Origin: Vicinamibacteria bacterium
GTDB lineage: Bacteria > Acidobacteriota > Vicinamibacteria > Fen-336
DNA: 64,000 bases
Direction of reading: 5' to 3'
Assembly: GCA_016934575.1 (NCBI GenBank)
Contig: JAFGSN010000052.1
Location: forward strand, 3,868-67,867
How positions within the stretch are numbered: position 1 is the first letter of the stretch; every line of letters begins with the position of its first letter. Made by a program: the position numbers and the translations under genes. This document shows positions 1 to 9,832 of this stretch, in pieces. Below the pieces are notes generated by a model that made no database searches, was not told the DNA's origin, and worked only from the letters and a program-made list of their open reading frames with translations.

Positions 1-4
1 CTCC

Positions 5-769
5 ATGTTGCTCGAAGGCAAGAGGGCTCTGATATTCGGCGTTGTCAACGAGCGCAGTATCGCTTACGGCATCGCCGAGCAGTTGCACAAACACGGCGCG
101 CGGCTGGGCTTCGGATACGCGTCCACCCCGATTCGGAAGCGACTGGAGCCGATCGCCGAACGCCTCGACGGCGAGCTGCTCTTCCAATGCGATGTCACGT
201 CGGACGCGGAGATTCAATCCGGGGCGAATCTGGTCCGCGAAAAGTGGGACGGCGTGGACGTTCTCGTGCATTCCATCGCGTACGCCAATCGCGAGGACCT
301 GAAAGGACGCTTCATCGACACGAGCCGCGAAGGTTATCGTATCGCTCTGGATGTTTCATCCTACTCGCTCGTCGCGCTCTGTCGGGCGTATGAACGCCTG
401 CTCGTTCACGGCGCTTCCGTCATCACCCTGAGCTACTACGGCTCGGGACGCGTCGTCGCCAACTACAACGCCATGGGCGTCGCCAAGGCCGCCCTCGAGG
501 CATGCGTGCGTTACCTCGCCGTGGATCTCGGCGTCTCGGGCGTCCGGATCAACGCCATCAGCGCCGGCCCGGTCAAGACCCTGGCGGCAAGCGCCGTTTC
601 AGGCTTCCATAACATTCTTTCGCTAATCGAAGAAAAGGCGCCCCTCGGGAGAAACATCTCGTTGGAAGACGTGGGCAAGTGCGCCCTCTATCTCGCGTCG
701 GACCTATCGTCAGGAACAACCGGCGACGTCGTCTTCGTCGATTCCGGATACAACATCATGGGGCTATAA
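5..769 (+). CDS. fabI: Enoyl-[acyl-carrier-protein] reductase (NADH), FabI
   Basis: 254-aa ORF whose N-terminus (MLLEGKRALIFGVVNERSIAYGIAEQL) matches FabI SDR family; LVHSIAYAN and YNAMGVAKAALEA (Tyr-x6-Lys) catalytic motifs; TAA stop at 767-769. Confidence 0.85.
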   Translation: MLLEGKRALIFGVVNERSIAYGIAEQLHKHGARLGFGYASTPIRKRLEPIAERLDGELLFQCDVTSDAEIQSGANLVREKWDGVDVLVHSIAYANREDLKGRFIDTSREGYRIALDVSSYSLVALCRAYERLLVHGASVITLSYYGSGRVVANYNAMGVAKAALEACVRYLAVDLGVSGVRINAISAGPVKTLAASAVSGFHNILSLIEEKAPLGRNISLEDVGKCALYLASDLSSGTTGDVVFVDSGYNIMGL

Positions 770-814
770 TCGGCCCAAACTCGGCGTCCAGTTTGGATTC
801 GTGCGATTGAAAGT

Positions 815-2695
815 CTACCTCGGCTTCAGCTTCGCGGCCCAATCGGTCGTGGCCACGTCGTTATCACCAGGGAACTGAGGCGCGGTCAACAGTCCATTGG
901 TGTCGGCGTCGATCTCGATCGGCGCCATCCAATCGCCGCGCCGGGGATCATAGAAGGTCCATTGATAGCTTGTACTCGGCTGGAAGCCCGATAAAGTCGC
1001 TCGTACCGCGCGCTTTTCGAAATATAGCAACGCGAGATCCTGCCCGGCGGTGCGCATCATGAACGACCAGCCGTCCAGGCCCTTCTCCGGACTGCCCGGC
1101 GCCTGTCGCGGCGCGATATCGTCCGTCGCCAGGAGCAGGTTTTGATAGCGCCGCCCTTCGGAGAGCACGAACGCCGCAAGGTGTCGCATGTACTCTCCTG
1201 AAGAATATCGGAGAGCGTCCCAGATATACGGCCGAAATCCGGCCGGCTCGCCCGCCGCCGTCACGTCGTACGCGGCCGTGCCGTGCACGTGACCCACGAG
1301 AGCGCCGGACAGGACCGATCCATACATCTGCGCGCGCGCGAAATAGTTATCGCGCTCGGAATCGGCCGGCGGCCTTTCGCCTGCCGGCATGTTGAGGCTG
1401 TGATCCCATCCGGTGTAGTAGGGCTCCATGTTCACCGCCGGATAGGGCGGATCGAGACGAAACAGCTCCTCGATCAGCGCGTAGACGCCGTGGTGCCGGG
1501 GATTGTTCCCCACGCTGTGCATGGTGAGCCAGGGGCACTTGTCCCCGTGACCGAACCGGGGATAAGTCGACGAATCGATGAGCGTCGTGTACGGCTGTCC
1601 AAAAGGAGGCGGGCCGAACTTGTGGTGGTGATGAGTCAGCGCGGCGTTGAACTCGTCCGCGGTCAGGCTGTACTTCTCCGGAATCCAGTCCAGGTGAATG
1701 CCGCTGAAGATCATGTTGAAGGCGCCGTAGCGCGCGATGAGATACTGGACGAAACGAGCATAAGACTCGTTGAAGTCGAAATACGCTTTCCATGTCGGGC
1801 AGTTGTCGCGCCTCACGGTCTCGAAAACCGGGACGAATCCTTGTTCCGCGAGATGCCGCATCTTGCGATCGAGACTCTGGAAATAGCCGGGGTTGAGACG
1901 TTCGAAGTCCGCCACCCCTTCTCCGCCGGCGAGCAACTCAAAAGGACGCCGTCCCTGCTCGTCATGCATGTCCTTGGAGGCGAGATCGCCTTCCGCGGTG
2001 CGAAAACCGAACTTCTCCCAGGCATTGCGGACGAAGACTCCGTTCTTGTCGGCAAAGGTCGCGGAATAATGGTCTGTTTCCCAGTTGGGGAACGCCGCGA
2101 TGAAGCTGATCGAGTTGAAGCCCTGCCTCTTTCGGTAGGCCACGGCCTGCTCGAAGCCGACGCCCGGACCCGGCTCGTAGTCCGGGACAGCCGCCTCTCC
2201 TTTGTACGGCAAGCGCCATGTCGAGGCGGCCAGCCATGTGTCGCCGAGCATAAAGAACGGAGAGCCGTCCGCATGGTCGAACGCATGCCCGTTGGCCGTC
2301 GCGCGAATGAATCCGCGACGGTTTGGATTGGCCTGCTTCTCTTCCTCCGTCCACGGTATCGCTTCGAGCCGGCCGCTCCTTCCGTCGAGACCGGCGTCAT
2401 TCTGATTGGATGCGCTGATCCACGTCCATTCGCCCGTCTTTGTGGCCACGAATCGGACCTTGAAGACGTCTCCCCCGTCCCAGAATCCGTGGACACGCCG
2501 CGAAAAGTCCGGTCCCCGCAGCTCGATCCACATGATGACGTCCGTATAGGGATTGATGTCAGTCTTTGCGGACCGGAACACGATTTCTTGCATTTCCCAG
2601 ACGTGGATCCGTCGAAGCTCCGGCTCACCGGCGCATGGGCCGCTCACTACCAATGAAGCAACGATGAAGCCGAAAAACGCTCGGAAGAACCTCAA
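815..2695 (-). CDS. Secreted putative glycoside hydrolase (DUF4038/DUF5060-like, GH140-related)
   Basis: 626-aa ORF with N-terminal signal peptide (MRFFRAFFGFIVASLVVSGPCAG); content typical of DUF5060+DUF4038 plant-polysaccharide hydrolases; sits beside arabinose operon; antisense Arg-rich ORFs in same span judged artefacts. Confidence 0.5.
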   Translation of the reverse strand: MRFFRAFFGFIVASLVVSGPCAGEPELRRIHVWEMQEIVFRSAKTDINPYTDVIMWIELRGPDFSRRVHGFWDGGDVFKVRFVATKTGEWTWISASNQNDAGLDGRSGRLEAIPWTEEEKQANPNRRGFIRATANGHAFDHADGSPFFMLGDTWLAASTWRLPYKGEAAVPDYEPGPGVGFEQAVAYRKRQGFNSISFIAAFPNWETDHYSATFADKNGVFVRNAWEKFGFRTAEGDLASKDMHDEQGRRPFELLAGGEGVADFERLNPGYFQSLDRKMRHLAEQGFVPVFETVRRDNCPTWKAYFDFNESYARFVQYLIARYGAFNMIFSGIHLDWIPEKYSLTADEFNAALTHHHHKFGPPPFGQPYTTLIDSSTYPRFGHGDKCPWLTMHSVGNNPRHHGVYALIEELFRLDPPYPAVNMEPYYTGWDHSLNMPAGERPPADSERDNYFARAQMYGSVLSGALVGHVHGTAAYDVTAAGEPAGFRPYIWDALRYSSGEYMRHLAAFVLSEGRRYQNLLLATDDIAPRQAPGSPEKGLDGWSFMMRTAGQDLALLYFEKRAVRATLSGFQPSTSYQWTFYDPRRGDWMAPIEIDADTNGLLTAPQFPGDNDVATTDWAAKLKPR

Positions 2696-3214
2696 GTTTC
2701 ACCTCCAGGAATCATCCCATCGCCTCGCGGCACGCCGCGCCGGCCGTAATATTTATCATATAACGTGCTCCGTCATGCGTGGGATTCGGCTCGTGATGGC
2801 CTGCCATGGAGCAGAGATCGACAGCGTTGATTGCACAGGAGCCCGTCCGGTCGGTATTCATCAGCCCTTCTCCTCGACGGCGTCGGCATGTATGCATGCT
2901 CCAGCCCTGGACCGCTTCTCGGCAGCACTGCGACGACTCCTGCGCCATGCGGGCCGCTCACGGCCAGATGACTTCCATCCCGGTTTTGGACGGCCCGATC
3001 AGATAGGCATAGGCTTGATACAGCTAGGTCCTCGTCACGGCTCAGCTTGTCGAGGCAACAGATGACGAGGTTGTTTTCGAGGAACCAATTTGCCGCTGTG
3101 AGCCGACTCAAACTTGTCGTTCGTGAGGATCTCGAACGGGAGATGGAACTTCGCGGGAAGCTCGTCGGATTATGGGGCGCCGTTCAATCTTTACTGCATC
3201 TTGACGGGCCGATT

Positions 3215-3657
3215 CTATTCCGTCGCCGCGCGATACGCGTCCTCGATTCGCGACAAGAGATCCGGTCGCCAGCCGATCGTGCCCATGATGTCGCGGATGA
3301 GGCGCTCCCAGGTCACGATCCGCTGTCCATGGAGCAGGGTGACGAACGGCGGCTCCGCGCCCAGTCGGGCCACGAGCAGCGGCGGTCGCGGCAAAAGCGG
3401 ATCGACGCTGATAGACGCCGGCGCTGGCTCGTCGATCAGTCCGGCCGAGCGGACGGCGTCAAGCGCGCCGTCATCAAGATAACCCGTCAAATCGGAAGCC
3501 ACGAGAAAACCCCGCAGCCCGGCAAGGCGCACGGCCGTGTCGAGCGTCCAGATCGCGCGTCCTTTGAGTGCTTCCAGCAGAGACTGCGCGGGACAAGAAA
3601 GCGCGGCGGCGCGGAGCGCGTCCGGCGCGAGGAATAGATATGGCACGATACGAAGAT
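3215..3657 (-). CDS. Hypothetical protein (protein-like C-terminal portion of longer ORF)
   Basis: Only the last ~147 codons (from MRDLRIVPYLFLAPDAL...) of the 3215..4255 ORF look protein-like; upstream part is Arg-rich junk overlapping 3766..4488 in another frame. Confidence 0.35.
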
Positions 3658-3765
3658 CGCGCATGAACCGAGGGTACACGCGGCGAGCCAGGCTGCGCCG
3701 GCGATAAGCCGCGCGGTCGCGTCGAGCGCATCTCAGCCGCTCATCGGGCCACTCCAGGCCGCGCA

Positions 3766-4488
3766 TCACGCCGGCACCAATCGCTGAAGCGCCGACAGGC
3801 CGCGTGCCGACGCTTCGCGCAGCGCCGCGTAACCCGCCGATTGCGAATCGGCACGCATCGGATCCGAGGATAGCGCGAGGCTCGCCGCCTGCGCGTCGGC
3901 GAGCGCGTCTTGCAGGCGATCGTCCGGAAAACGCGCAAGCAAGCCGCGTAACGCCTCCAAAAAACCGGGATCCTTCGAGTGCTCGTCGATCAACAGCAGA
4001 GCCTGCAGCTTGTCCTTGCTCCCCTTCTCCAGGCGCACGGTGAGCAGCTTGCTGGCCGAAAGCGCCGCGGCCGAGAGCGCTCGGCCGCCGCCCGGCACGT
4101 CGACCGCCGCGCCCGGCTGTGTCATGATCTCTCCCAGATCCGCGTACGTCATCACGCGCACGACGGCGCCGCCGGCTATGCAATCCTGCAACTCGCCCCC
4201 GACTGAATACCCGATCAGATCCAGAGACATGCCGTCCTCGGCGATAAACGTGCACGAGCCTCTCTCGTGCCGGAACCCGAGCCGCGTCATGGCGTCAAGC
4301 ACGTCGGCTTCGTGATCGGCGAGCCAGTCCGCGTCCACAAGGAAATCGTAGTCCTCGGTCAAGGCGGGCAGCGTGTCGCTCGCCGCGTAAAGCCCGGACG
4401 AGCCGGCGAGCACGAAGCGCTGTCCGACCGCCGTGGACGCCAAACGTCGCAACAGTTCGCGCGCCGCAAGTCTTTCTGTCGAGGTCAT
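3766..4488 (-). CDS. Hypothetical protein, possible minimal nucleotidyltransferase-fold protein
   Basis: 240-aa ORF; LAGSSGLYAASDTLPALTEDYDFLV resembles pol-beta NTase GS...D.D motif; no firm family assignment. Confidence 0.45.
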   Translation of the reverse strand: MTSTERLAARELLRRLASTAVGQRFVLAGSSGLYAASDTLPALTEDYDFLVDADWLADHEADVLDAMTRLGFRHERGSCTFIAEDGMSLDLIGYSVGGELQDCIAGGAVVRVMTYADLGEIMTQPGAAVDVPGGGRALSAAALSASKLLTVRLEKGSKDKLQALLLIDEHSKDPGFLEALRGLLARFPDDRLQDALADAQAASLALSSDPMRADSQSAGYAALREASARGLSALQRLVPA

Positions 4489-4589
4489 CCGTTAATGCTA
4501 CGCAGCTCGATGCGCGAGGACAAATCCCGTCATTGATCTGGCGCGCTCGCGCCCTTACAATTGCTTCTTGAAAGGGGTGCGAACTGATT

Positions 4590-6089
4590 ATGATGAAACT
4601 CGACAATACTCCGGAGGTCAAGATCGCCGTGGCCGGCGTGAGCCGCGATTGTTTCCCGATCGAGCTGGCGCGCAACCGGCTCGGCCGATTGATGGCGGCC
4701 TGCGAGAAGGCCGGCATTCCGGCGCGGGCATGCCCGACGATCATCGAAAGCGAGAAAGACGCTCTACAGGCCCTCGAAGAAGCGAGAGGGATGGGCGCCA
4801 ACGCCGCCGTGATCTTCCTGGGCAACTTTGGCCCCGAAGGGCCGCTCGCGATCTTTGCGCAGCGCTTCGACGGTCCCGTCATGGCCTGCGCCGCCGCCGA
4901 AGAGTCGAGGAAGGACCTTATCCAGGGTCGCGGGGACGCTTTCTGCGGATTGCTCAACGCGTCATACAGCTTCGATCTGCGCGGCGTCGCAGTTCATATC
5001 CCGGAACGTCCGGTGGGGCTTCCCGACGAGCTGGCCGCCGATATCCGGCTTTTCATCGGCGTGGCGCGCGTCCTCCTTGGCCTGAAGAGCCTGAAGGTTT
5101 TCGGCTTCGGTCCCCGTCCCCAGGACTTCTACGCCTGCAATGCGCCCATCCGGCAGCTCTACGACCTCGGCATCGAGGTGACGGAAAACAGCGAGCTGGA
5201 TCTCTTGCAGCTCTATCAATCGGTCGACGCCAAGGACCCGCGGGTGGCCGAGATCGTTCGCGACATGGCCGCGGAGCTGGGCGAGGGCAAGTATTACCCC
5301 GATCTGCTTCCGAAGTTGGCGCGTTTCGAGCTGGCTCTTCTGCGCTTCGCCGAACAGAACCTCGGCTCCCGCCGATACGCCGTGTTCGCCGATAAATGCT
5401 GGCCGGCTTTTGAACGCGCCTTTGGTTTCGTGCCTTGTTATGTCAACTCGCGGCTGGCCGGGCGCGGCATGCCGGTCTCCTGCGAGGTCGACATGTACGG
5501 CGCCGTGAGCGAGTACGTCTGCCAGCTCGCGAGCCTGCAACCCGCGACGCTGCTCGATATCAACAACACCGTCCCGGATGATCTCGTCTCGTCCGGCACG
5601 GATCTCAAGGGAGCCGCGCGCGAAGACCTGTTCATGGGCTTTCACTGCGGCAACTCGCCAAGCTGTTGCATGAAGAGCTACTCGATGAAGCATCAGCTCA
5701 TCATGTATCGCCTGATGGAGGATCCGTCCAAGCCGCCGGACATCACGCGCGGAACGCTCGAAGGCCAGCTCCGGCCCGGTCCGACGACATTCTTCCGCCT
5801 GCAAGGCCACTCGAACGGAAAGGCGGCCAGTTACGTCGCTCCCGGCGAGATCCTGGATATCGACCCCCAGAGCTTCGGCGGCATCGGCGTCTTCGCCATC
5901 CCCGGCTTCGCGCGGTTCTACCGTCACGTCCTGGTCGGCGAGCGCTTCCCGCATCATGGCGCGGTCGCGTTCAGCGACTGCGCCTCGACGCTCTATGACG
6001 CGATGAGGCTCCTCGGAATCGGCGACATCCACGTGCCGTTACCGCCCGCGCGGCTCTATCCTCGCGAGAATCCGTTCCGCGCCGTCTGA
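4590..6089 (+). CDS. Sugar isomerase of the L-fucose/L-arabinose isomerase-like family (likely the L-arabinose isomerase of this operon)
   Basis: 499-aa ORF, RBS AAAGGGGTG upstream of ATG 4590; size/content consistent with FucI-like (COG2407) isomerases; immediately upstream of araB-araD. Confidence 0.6.
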   Translation: MMKLDNTPEVKIAVAGVSRDCFPIELARNRLGRLMAACEKAGIPARACPTIIESEKDALQALEEARGMGANAAVIFLGNFGPEGPLAIFAQRFDGPVMACAAAEESRKDLIQGRGDAFCGLLNASYSFDLRGVAVHIPERPVGLPDELAADIRLFIGVARVLLGLKSLKVFGFGPRPQDFYACNAPIRQLYDLGIEVTENSELDLLQLYQSVDAKDPRVAEIVRDMAAELGEGKYYPDLLPKLARFELALLRFAEQNLGSRRYAVFADKCWPAFERAFGFVPCYVNSRLAGRGMPVSCEVDMYGAVSEYVCQLASLQPATLLDINNTVPDDLVSSGTDLKGAAREDLFMGFHCGNSPSCCMKSYSMKHQLIMYRLMEDPSKPPDITRGTLEGQLRPGPTTFFRLQGHSNGKAASYVAPGEILDIDPQSFGGIGVFAIPGFARFYRHVLVGERFPHHGAVAFSDCASTLYDAMRLLGIGDIHVPLPPARLYPRENPFRAV

Positions 6090-6108
6090 CCGGACGAAAG
6101 GTGCGACC

Positions 6109-7797
6109 ATGGCACGCTACTCGCTCGGCCTCGATTTCGGAACGAACTCCGTGCGCGCCCTCCTCGTCGACGTCGCCAATGGAAAGGAGACGGCAACCGC
6201 CGTCGACGGCTATCGGCGCGGCACGCAGGGCGTGATTCTCTCGCACGATCCCAATCTCGCGCGCCAGCATCCGGCCGACTACATCGATGGAACGGAACGG
6301 GTGATCCGCAAGGTCCTGTCGCAGGCCCGCCGCGCCAAGAAAGGTTTTCGACCGGAGCAGATCGTCGGCATCGGCGTCGATACGACGGGCAGCACGCCCC
6401 TCCCGGTCGATCATCGCGGGATCCCTCTCGCCTTTGACAGACGCTTCGCGCGTGATCCGGCGGCTCTGGCTTGGCTATGGAAGGATCACACGGCGGTCGC
6501 GGAGGCGGCCGAAATCACCTCGTTGGCGCGAGAGATCCATCCGGAGTACCTGGCCAAGTGCGGCGGAACGTACTCGAGCGAGTGGTACTTCAGCAAGGTC
6601 TTGCATTGCCTGCGCGCCGCGCCACAGGTCTTCGACGCCGCGCACCTTTGGGTGGAGATCGCCGACTGGATCCCGGCGACGCTGACCGGCACGCAGGCGC
6701 CCGATCAACTCAAGGTCGGCGTGTGCGCCGCGGGCCACAAGGCAATGTACAACGATCTGTGGGGCGGCTATCCCGAAGCGGAATTCCTGGGCCGCCTGGA
6801 TCCCAAGCTGGCCGGGTTGCGTTCGCGCCTCCCGGCCAGGGCGGAAACGGTCGACAGCGCCGCCGGCGGCCTGACGGCGGACTGGTCGCGGCGCACGGGT
6901 CTGCCGGCGGGCGTTCCCGTGGCTGTCGGCGCTTTCGACGCTCACCTGGGCGCGATCGGCGCCGGAGTCGCGCCGGGAATCCTCGTCAAGATCATTGGCA
7001 CGAGCACTTGCGATATCACGGTCGCTCCCGTTGATCGCCCGCTGGCCGACGTCCCCGGCCTGTGCGGCATCGTGCCCGGCAGCGTTCTGCCCGGTTTTTA
7101 CGGCCTTGAGGCCGGCCAGTCGGCCGTCGGCGACATCTTCAACTGGTTCGTCAACTACGTTCAGCCGGGCGGCAAGAAGGCCGGATCGCACGAGGCTCTC
7201 AGCGCCCAGGCGGCCAAGGTCCGACCCGGCGCTTCGGGCCTTCTGGCTCTCGACTGGAACAACGGCAACCGCACGATTCTCGTCGATCAACGCCTGACCG
7301 GCTTGCTCCTCGGACAGACGCTCTACACCACTCCGGCAGAAATCTATCGTGCGCTCATCGAAGCCACGGCCTTCGGCGCGCTCACGATCATCAACCGTTT
7401 CGAGGAGTACGGCGTCGCGATCCGCGAGGTCGTCAACTGCGGCGGCATCGCCGAGAAAAGCCCGCTCGTGATGCAAATCTACGCCGACGTCATCGGCCGT
7501 CCGATGAAAATCTCGCGCTCCAGCCAGACCTGCGCGTTGGGCGCCGCCGTCGCCGGGGCCGTGGCGGCCGGCCGCGACGCGGGCGGCCACGCTGACTTCG
7601 ACGCGGCACAGAAGGCGATGACCGGGCTGAAGCCGAAGGACTACCGTCCCGATCCGCAAGCGCATCGGATCTATGGCGATATTTATGCTCTCTACAGGAA
7701 GCTGCACGACGGCTTCGGGCCGCCCCAAGGCGTTTGCGGGAACGTCATGAAAGACCTACTGGCGCTTCGAGCCCACTCCCGCCGCGACGTCATATGA
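6109..7797 (+). CDS. araB: Ribulokinase
   Basis: 562-aa FGGY kinase; N-terminus MARYSLGLDFGTNSVRALLVD typical AraB; RBS AGGTG before ATG. Confidence 0.85.
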   Translation: MARYSLGLDFGTNSVRALLVDVANGKETATAVDGYRRGTQGVILSHDPNLARQHPADYIDGTERVIRKVLSQARRAKKGFRPEQIVGIGVDTTGSTPLPVDHRGIPLAFDRRFARDPAALAWLWKDHTAVAEAAEITSLAREIHPEYLAKCGGTYSSEWYFSKVLHCLRAAPQVFDAAHLWVEIADWIPATLTGTQAPDQLKVGVCAAGHKAMYNDLWGGYPEAEFLGRLDPKLAGLRSRLPARAETVDSAAGGLTADWSRRTGLPAGVPVAVGAFDAHLGAIGAGVAPGILVKIIGTSTCDITVAPVDRPLADVPGLCGIVPGSVLPGFYGLEAGQSAVGDIFNWFVNYVQPGGKKAGSHEALSAQAAKVRPGASGLLALDWNNGNRTILVDQRLTGLLLGQTLYTTPAEIYRALIEATAFGALTIINRFEEYGVAIREVVNCGGIAEKSPLVMQIYADVIGRPMKISRSSQTCALGAAVAGAVAAGRDAGGHADFDAAQKAMTGLKPKDYRPDPQAHRIYGDIYALYRKLHDGFGPPQGVCGNVMKDLLALRAHSRRDVI

Positions 7798-8837
7798 AGC
7801 GCGCAGTGCTGTTCGCCGCTCGTGGGATAAGGATCGAGGAGACGACGATCCCCAAGCCGTCGCAAGGCGAGGCCCTCGTCCGCATTCAGGCTGTCGGCCT
7901 CTGCGGCAGCGACCTGCATCTCTACAAAGACGGCGTGATCGGCGGCGTTCCGATCGACGCCTCCGCCGGCGCCGTCCCCGGTCACGAATGCGTGGGGATC
8001 GTCGAAGACGTCGGACCGGGCACGGATCGCACTCTCGTCGGCCAGCGCGTGTCCATCGAGCCGGCGATCGCCTGTGGACGTTGTCGCTATTGTCTTGAGG
8101 GCAAGCCCAACGTTTGCCCGTCATCGCATTTCCTAGGCCTGCCGCCTCGAAGCGGCGCTCTGGCGGAGCGCATCGTTCACCCCGTTTCTCTCTGCGAGCC
8201 CCTGCCCGACGAGATCGACGACGACGAAGGCGTGCTGCTCGAGCCGCTGGCGATCGCCGTGCATTCGCTCGATCGTGTCGGCGTAACGGCGGGCGCGAGC
8301 GTCGCCGTCCTGGGCGCGGGGACGATCGGCCTCACACACACGTTGCTCCTGGCGCGAAGCGGCGTTCGGCCGCTGATCGTTACCGATCCGCTGCAATATC
8401 GCTTGGACTTCGCGCGCGATCTGGGCGCCACGCACGTCTTGAATCCTCGCTCCGACGACGTCGTCGAGATCACGCGGCAGTTGACGGGCGGACTCGGCGC
8501 CGATCTCGTCTTCGAGTGCGCCGGCGAACCCGAGACCTTCGAACAGATGGTGGATCTCGCATCTCCCGCCGGGCGCGTCGGCGTAGTCGGCATTCCGGGA
8601 GAGGATCGGCTGTCCTTCCGGCACTCGACCGCGCGGCGCAAAGGGCTCGACGTCCTGATGATACGCCGCTCGAACCGCACCTTTCATCGAGCGCTGGAAT
8701 GGACGTTGCGCGACGCTCTGCCGCTGTCGCGCCTGGCCACGCACCGCTTTCCCTTGGAACAGACGGTCGCGGCGTTCGAAACGGCGAGCGCCTACCGCGA
8801 CGGCGCCGTCAAGGTCGTCGTTCGATGCAACGACTGA
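7794..8837 (+). CDS. Zinc-dependent medium-chain alcohol/polyol dehydrogenase (sorbitol/L-iditol dehydrogenase-like)
   Basis: Start ATG 7794 overlaps araB stop (ATGA); GLCGSDLH zinc motif, GHECVG, Rossmann GAGTIGL; track ORF from 7734 is an upstream extension. Confidence 0.8.
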   Translation: MKRAVLFAARGIRIEETTIPKPSQGEALVRIQAVGLCGSDLHLYKDGVIGGVPIDASAGAVPGHECVGIVEDVGPGTDRTLVGQRVSIEPAIACGRCRYCLEGKPNVCPSSHFLGLPPRSGALAERIVHPVSLCEPLPDEIDDDEGVLLEPLAIAVHSLDRVGVTAGASVAVLGAGTIGLTHTLLLARSGVRPLIVTDPLQYRLDFARDLGATHVLNPRSDDVVEITRQLTGGLGADLVFECAGEPETFEQMVDLASPAGRVGVVGIPGEDRLSFRHSTARRKGLDVLMIRRSNRTFHRALEWTLRDALPLSRLATHRFPLEQTVAAFETASAYRDGAVKVVVRCND

Positions 8838-8847
8838 GCGATCGATC

Positions 8848-9567
8848 ATGATGAACGATCTGAGGATGGCCGTCCTTGATGCCAACCTGGAGCTGGTCCG
8901 TCGCGGACTGGTGCACGACACCTGGGGCAACGCCAGCGGCATCGATCGCGAACGCGGCTTGATCGCGATCAAGCCGTCCGGAATCGCATACGAGGTCATG
9001 AAGCCCGGCGACATGACGATCGTGGCGCTCGACAGCGGCGAAGCCGTCGAGGGCGATTATCGCCCAAGCTCGGACACGCCGACGCATCTCGCTCTGTATC
9101 GCGCCTTCAAGACGATCGGCGGCGTCGTTCATACTCACAGTCTCTATGCCACGGCCTGGTCTCAGGCCAACCGCGACCTGCCCGCTCTCGGCACGACGCA
9201 CGCGGATCAGTTCCACGGCGCCGTGCCCTGTACGCGCAAGCTCAGACCATCGGAGATCCGCGAGGATTATGAGCAAAACACGGGGCGCGTCATCGTCGAA
9301 CGCTTTCGCAAGCTGGATCCCATGCAGATTCCGGCCGTGCTCGCCGCCAGTCACGGTCCGTTCGCCTGGGGCGCGACTCCCGCCGAAGCTGTCGTGAACG
9401 CCGACGTCCTCGAACACGTTGCGCGACTGGCCTCGGAGACGCTGCGCATCGCGCCGCGCGCGCCGTCGATGCAGAAGGCGCTTCTCGACAAGCACTTCTT
9501 CCGCAAGCACGGCCCATCCGCTCGATACGGCCAAAACCGCGTCAAGAACGAGCGCTCGCCCCGATAG
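8848..9567 (+). CDS. araD: L-ribulose-5-phosphate 4-epimerase
   Basis: 239-aa class II aldolase/adducin fold; WGNASGIDRERGLIAIKPSG and HTHS motifs typical of AraD. Confidence 0.85.
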   Translation: MMNDLRMAVLDANLELVRRGLVHDTWGNASGIDRERGLIAIKPSGIAYEVMKPGDMTIVALDSGEAVEGDYRPSSDTPTHLALYRAFKTIGGVVHTHSLYATAWSQANRDLPALGTTHADQFHGAVPCTRKLRPSEIREDYEQNTGRVIVERFRKLDPMQIPAVLAASHGPFAWGATPAEAVVNADVLEHVARLASETLRIAPRAPSMQKALLDKHFFRKHGPSARYGQNRVKNERSPR

Positions 9568-9832
9568 CCGACGAGGCGGAACAGTCCTCCACCTCTCCGA
9601 TCGGGCTCGGCGGGCGCGCGAAACAGGAGCGGCGCATCGGGCCGCGCTTCGACGAACACGCGGCTGACAACACGGCCGCCGTCGATCGCAACATGACAAC
9701 TCCAGCCTGCGGGCGCGACGCGATCCAGCATGTCGGGCGCCCGGCCCGTAGGACTCTCATCGCGCTCACGCTCGACGATCCGCACGACTCTGGATCGCAT
9801 GATATATTTGTCGTCCATTTCGACGCCATGTC

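Noticed and set aside
1283-2656. Long Arg/Ala-rich ORFs antisense to or overlapping real genes (e.g. 1283..2656+, 1813..2628-, 6475..7728-, 8133..9014-, 30345..32015-, 43280..45211-, 52944..53969-, 55053..56030-, 57759..59018-)
   Set aside because: Compositional artefacts of ~66% GC DNA. They are low complexity, have no motifs, and overlap strongly supported genes (GH, araB, ileS, CRTAC1, the multiheme gene, SBP) on the opposite strand or in another frame.
9351-9818. 155-aa minus-strand ORF starting 15 bp from the helicase start and running antisense into araD
   Set aside because: Most of it overlaps araD antisense. The non-overlapping 80 codons have no recognisable features, and only 15 bp separate the divergent starts.
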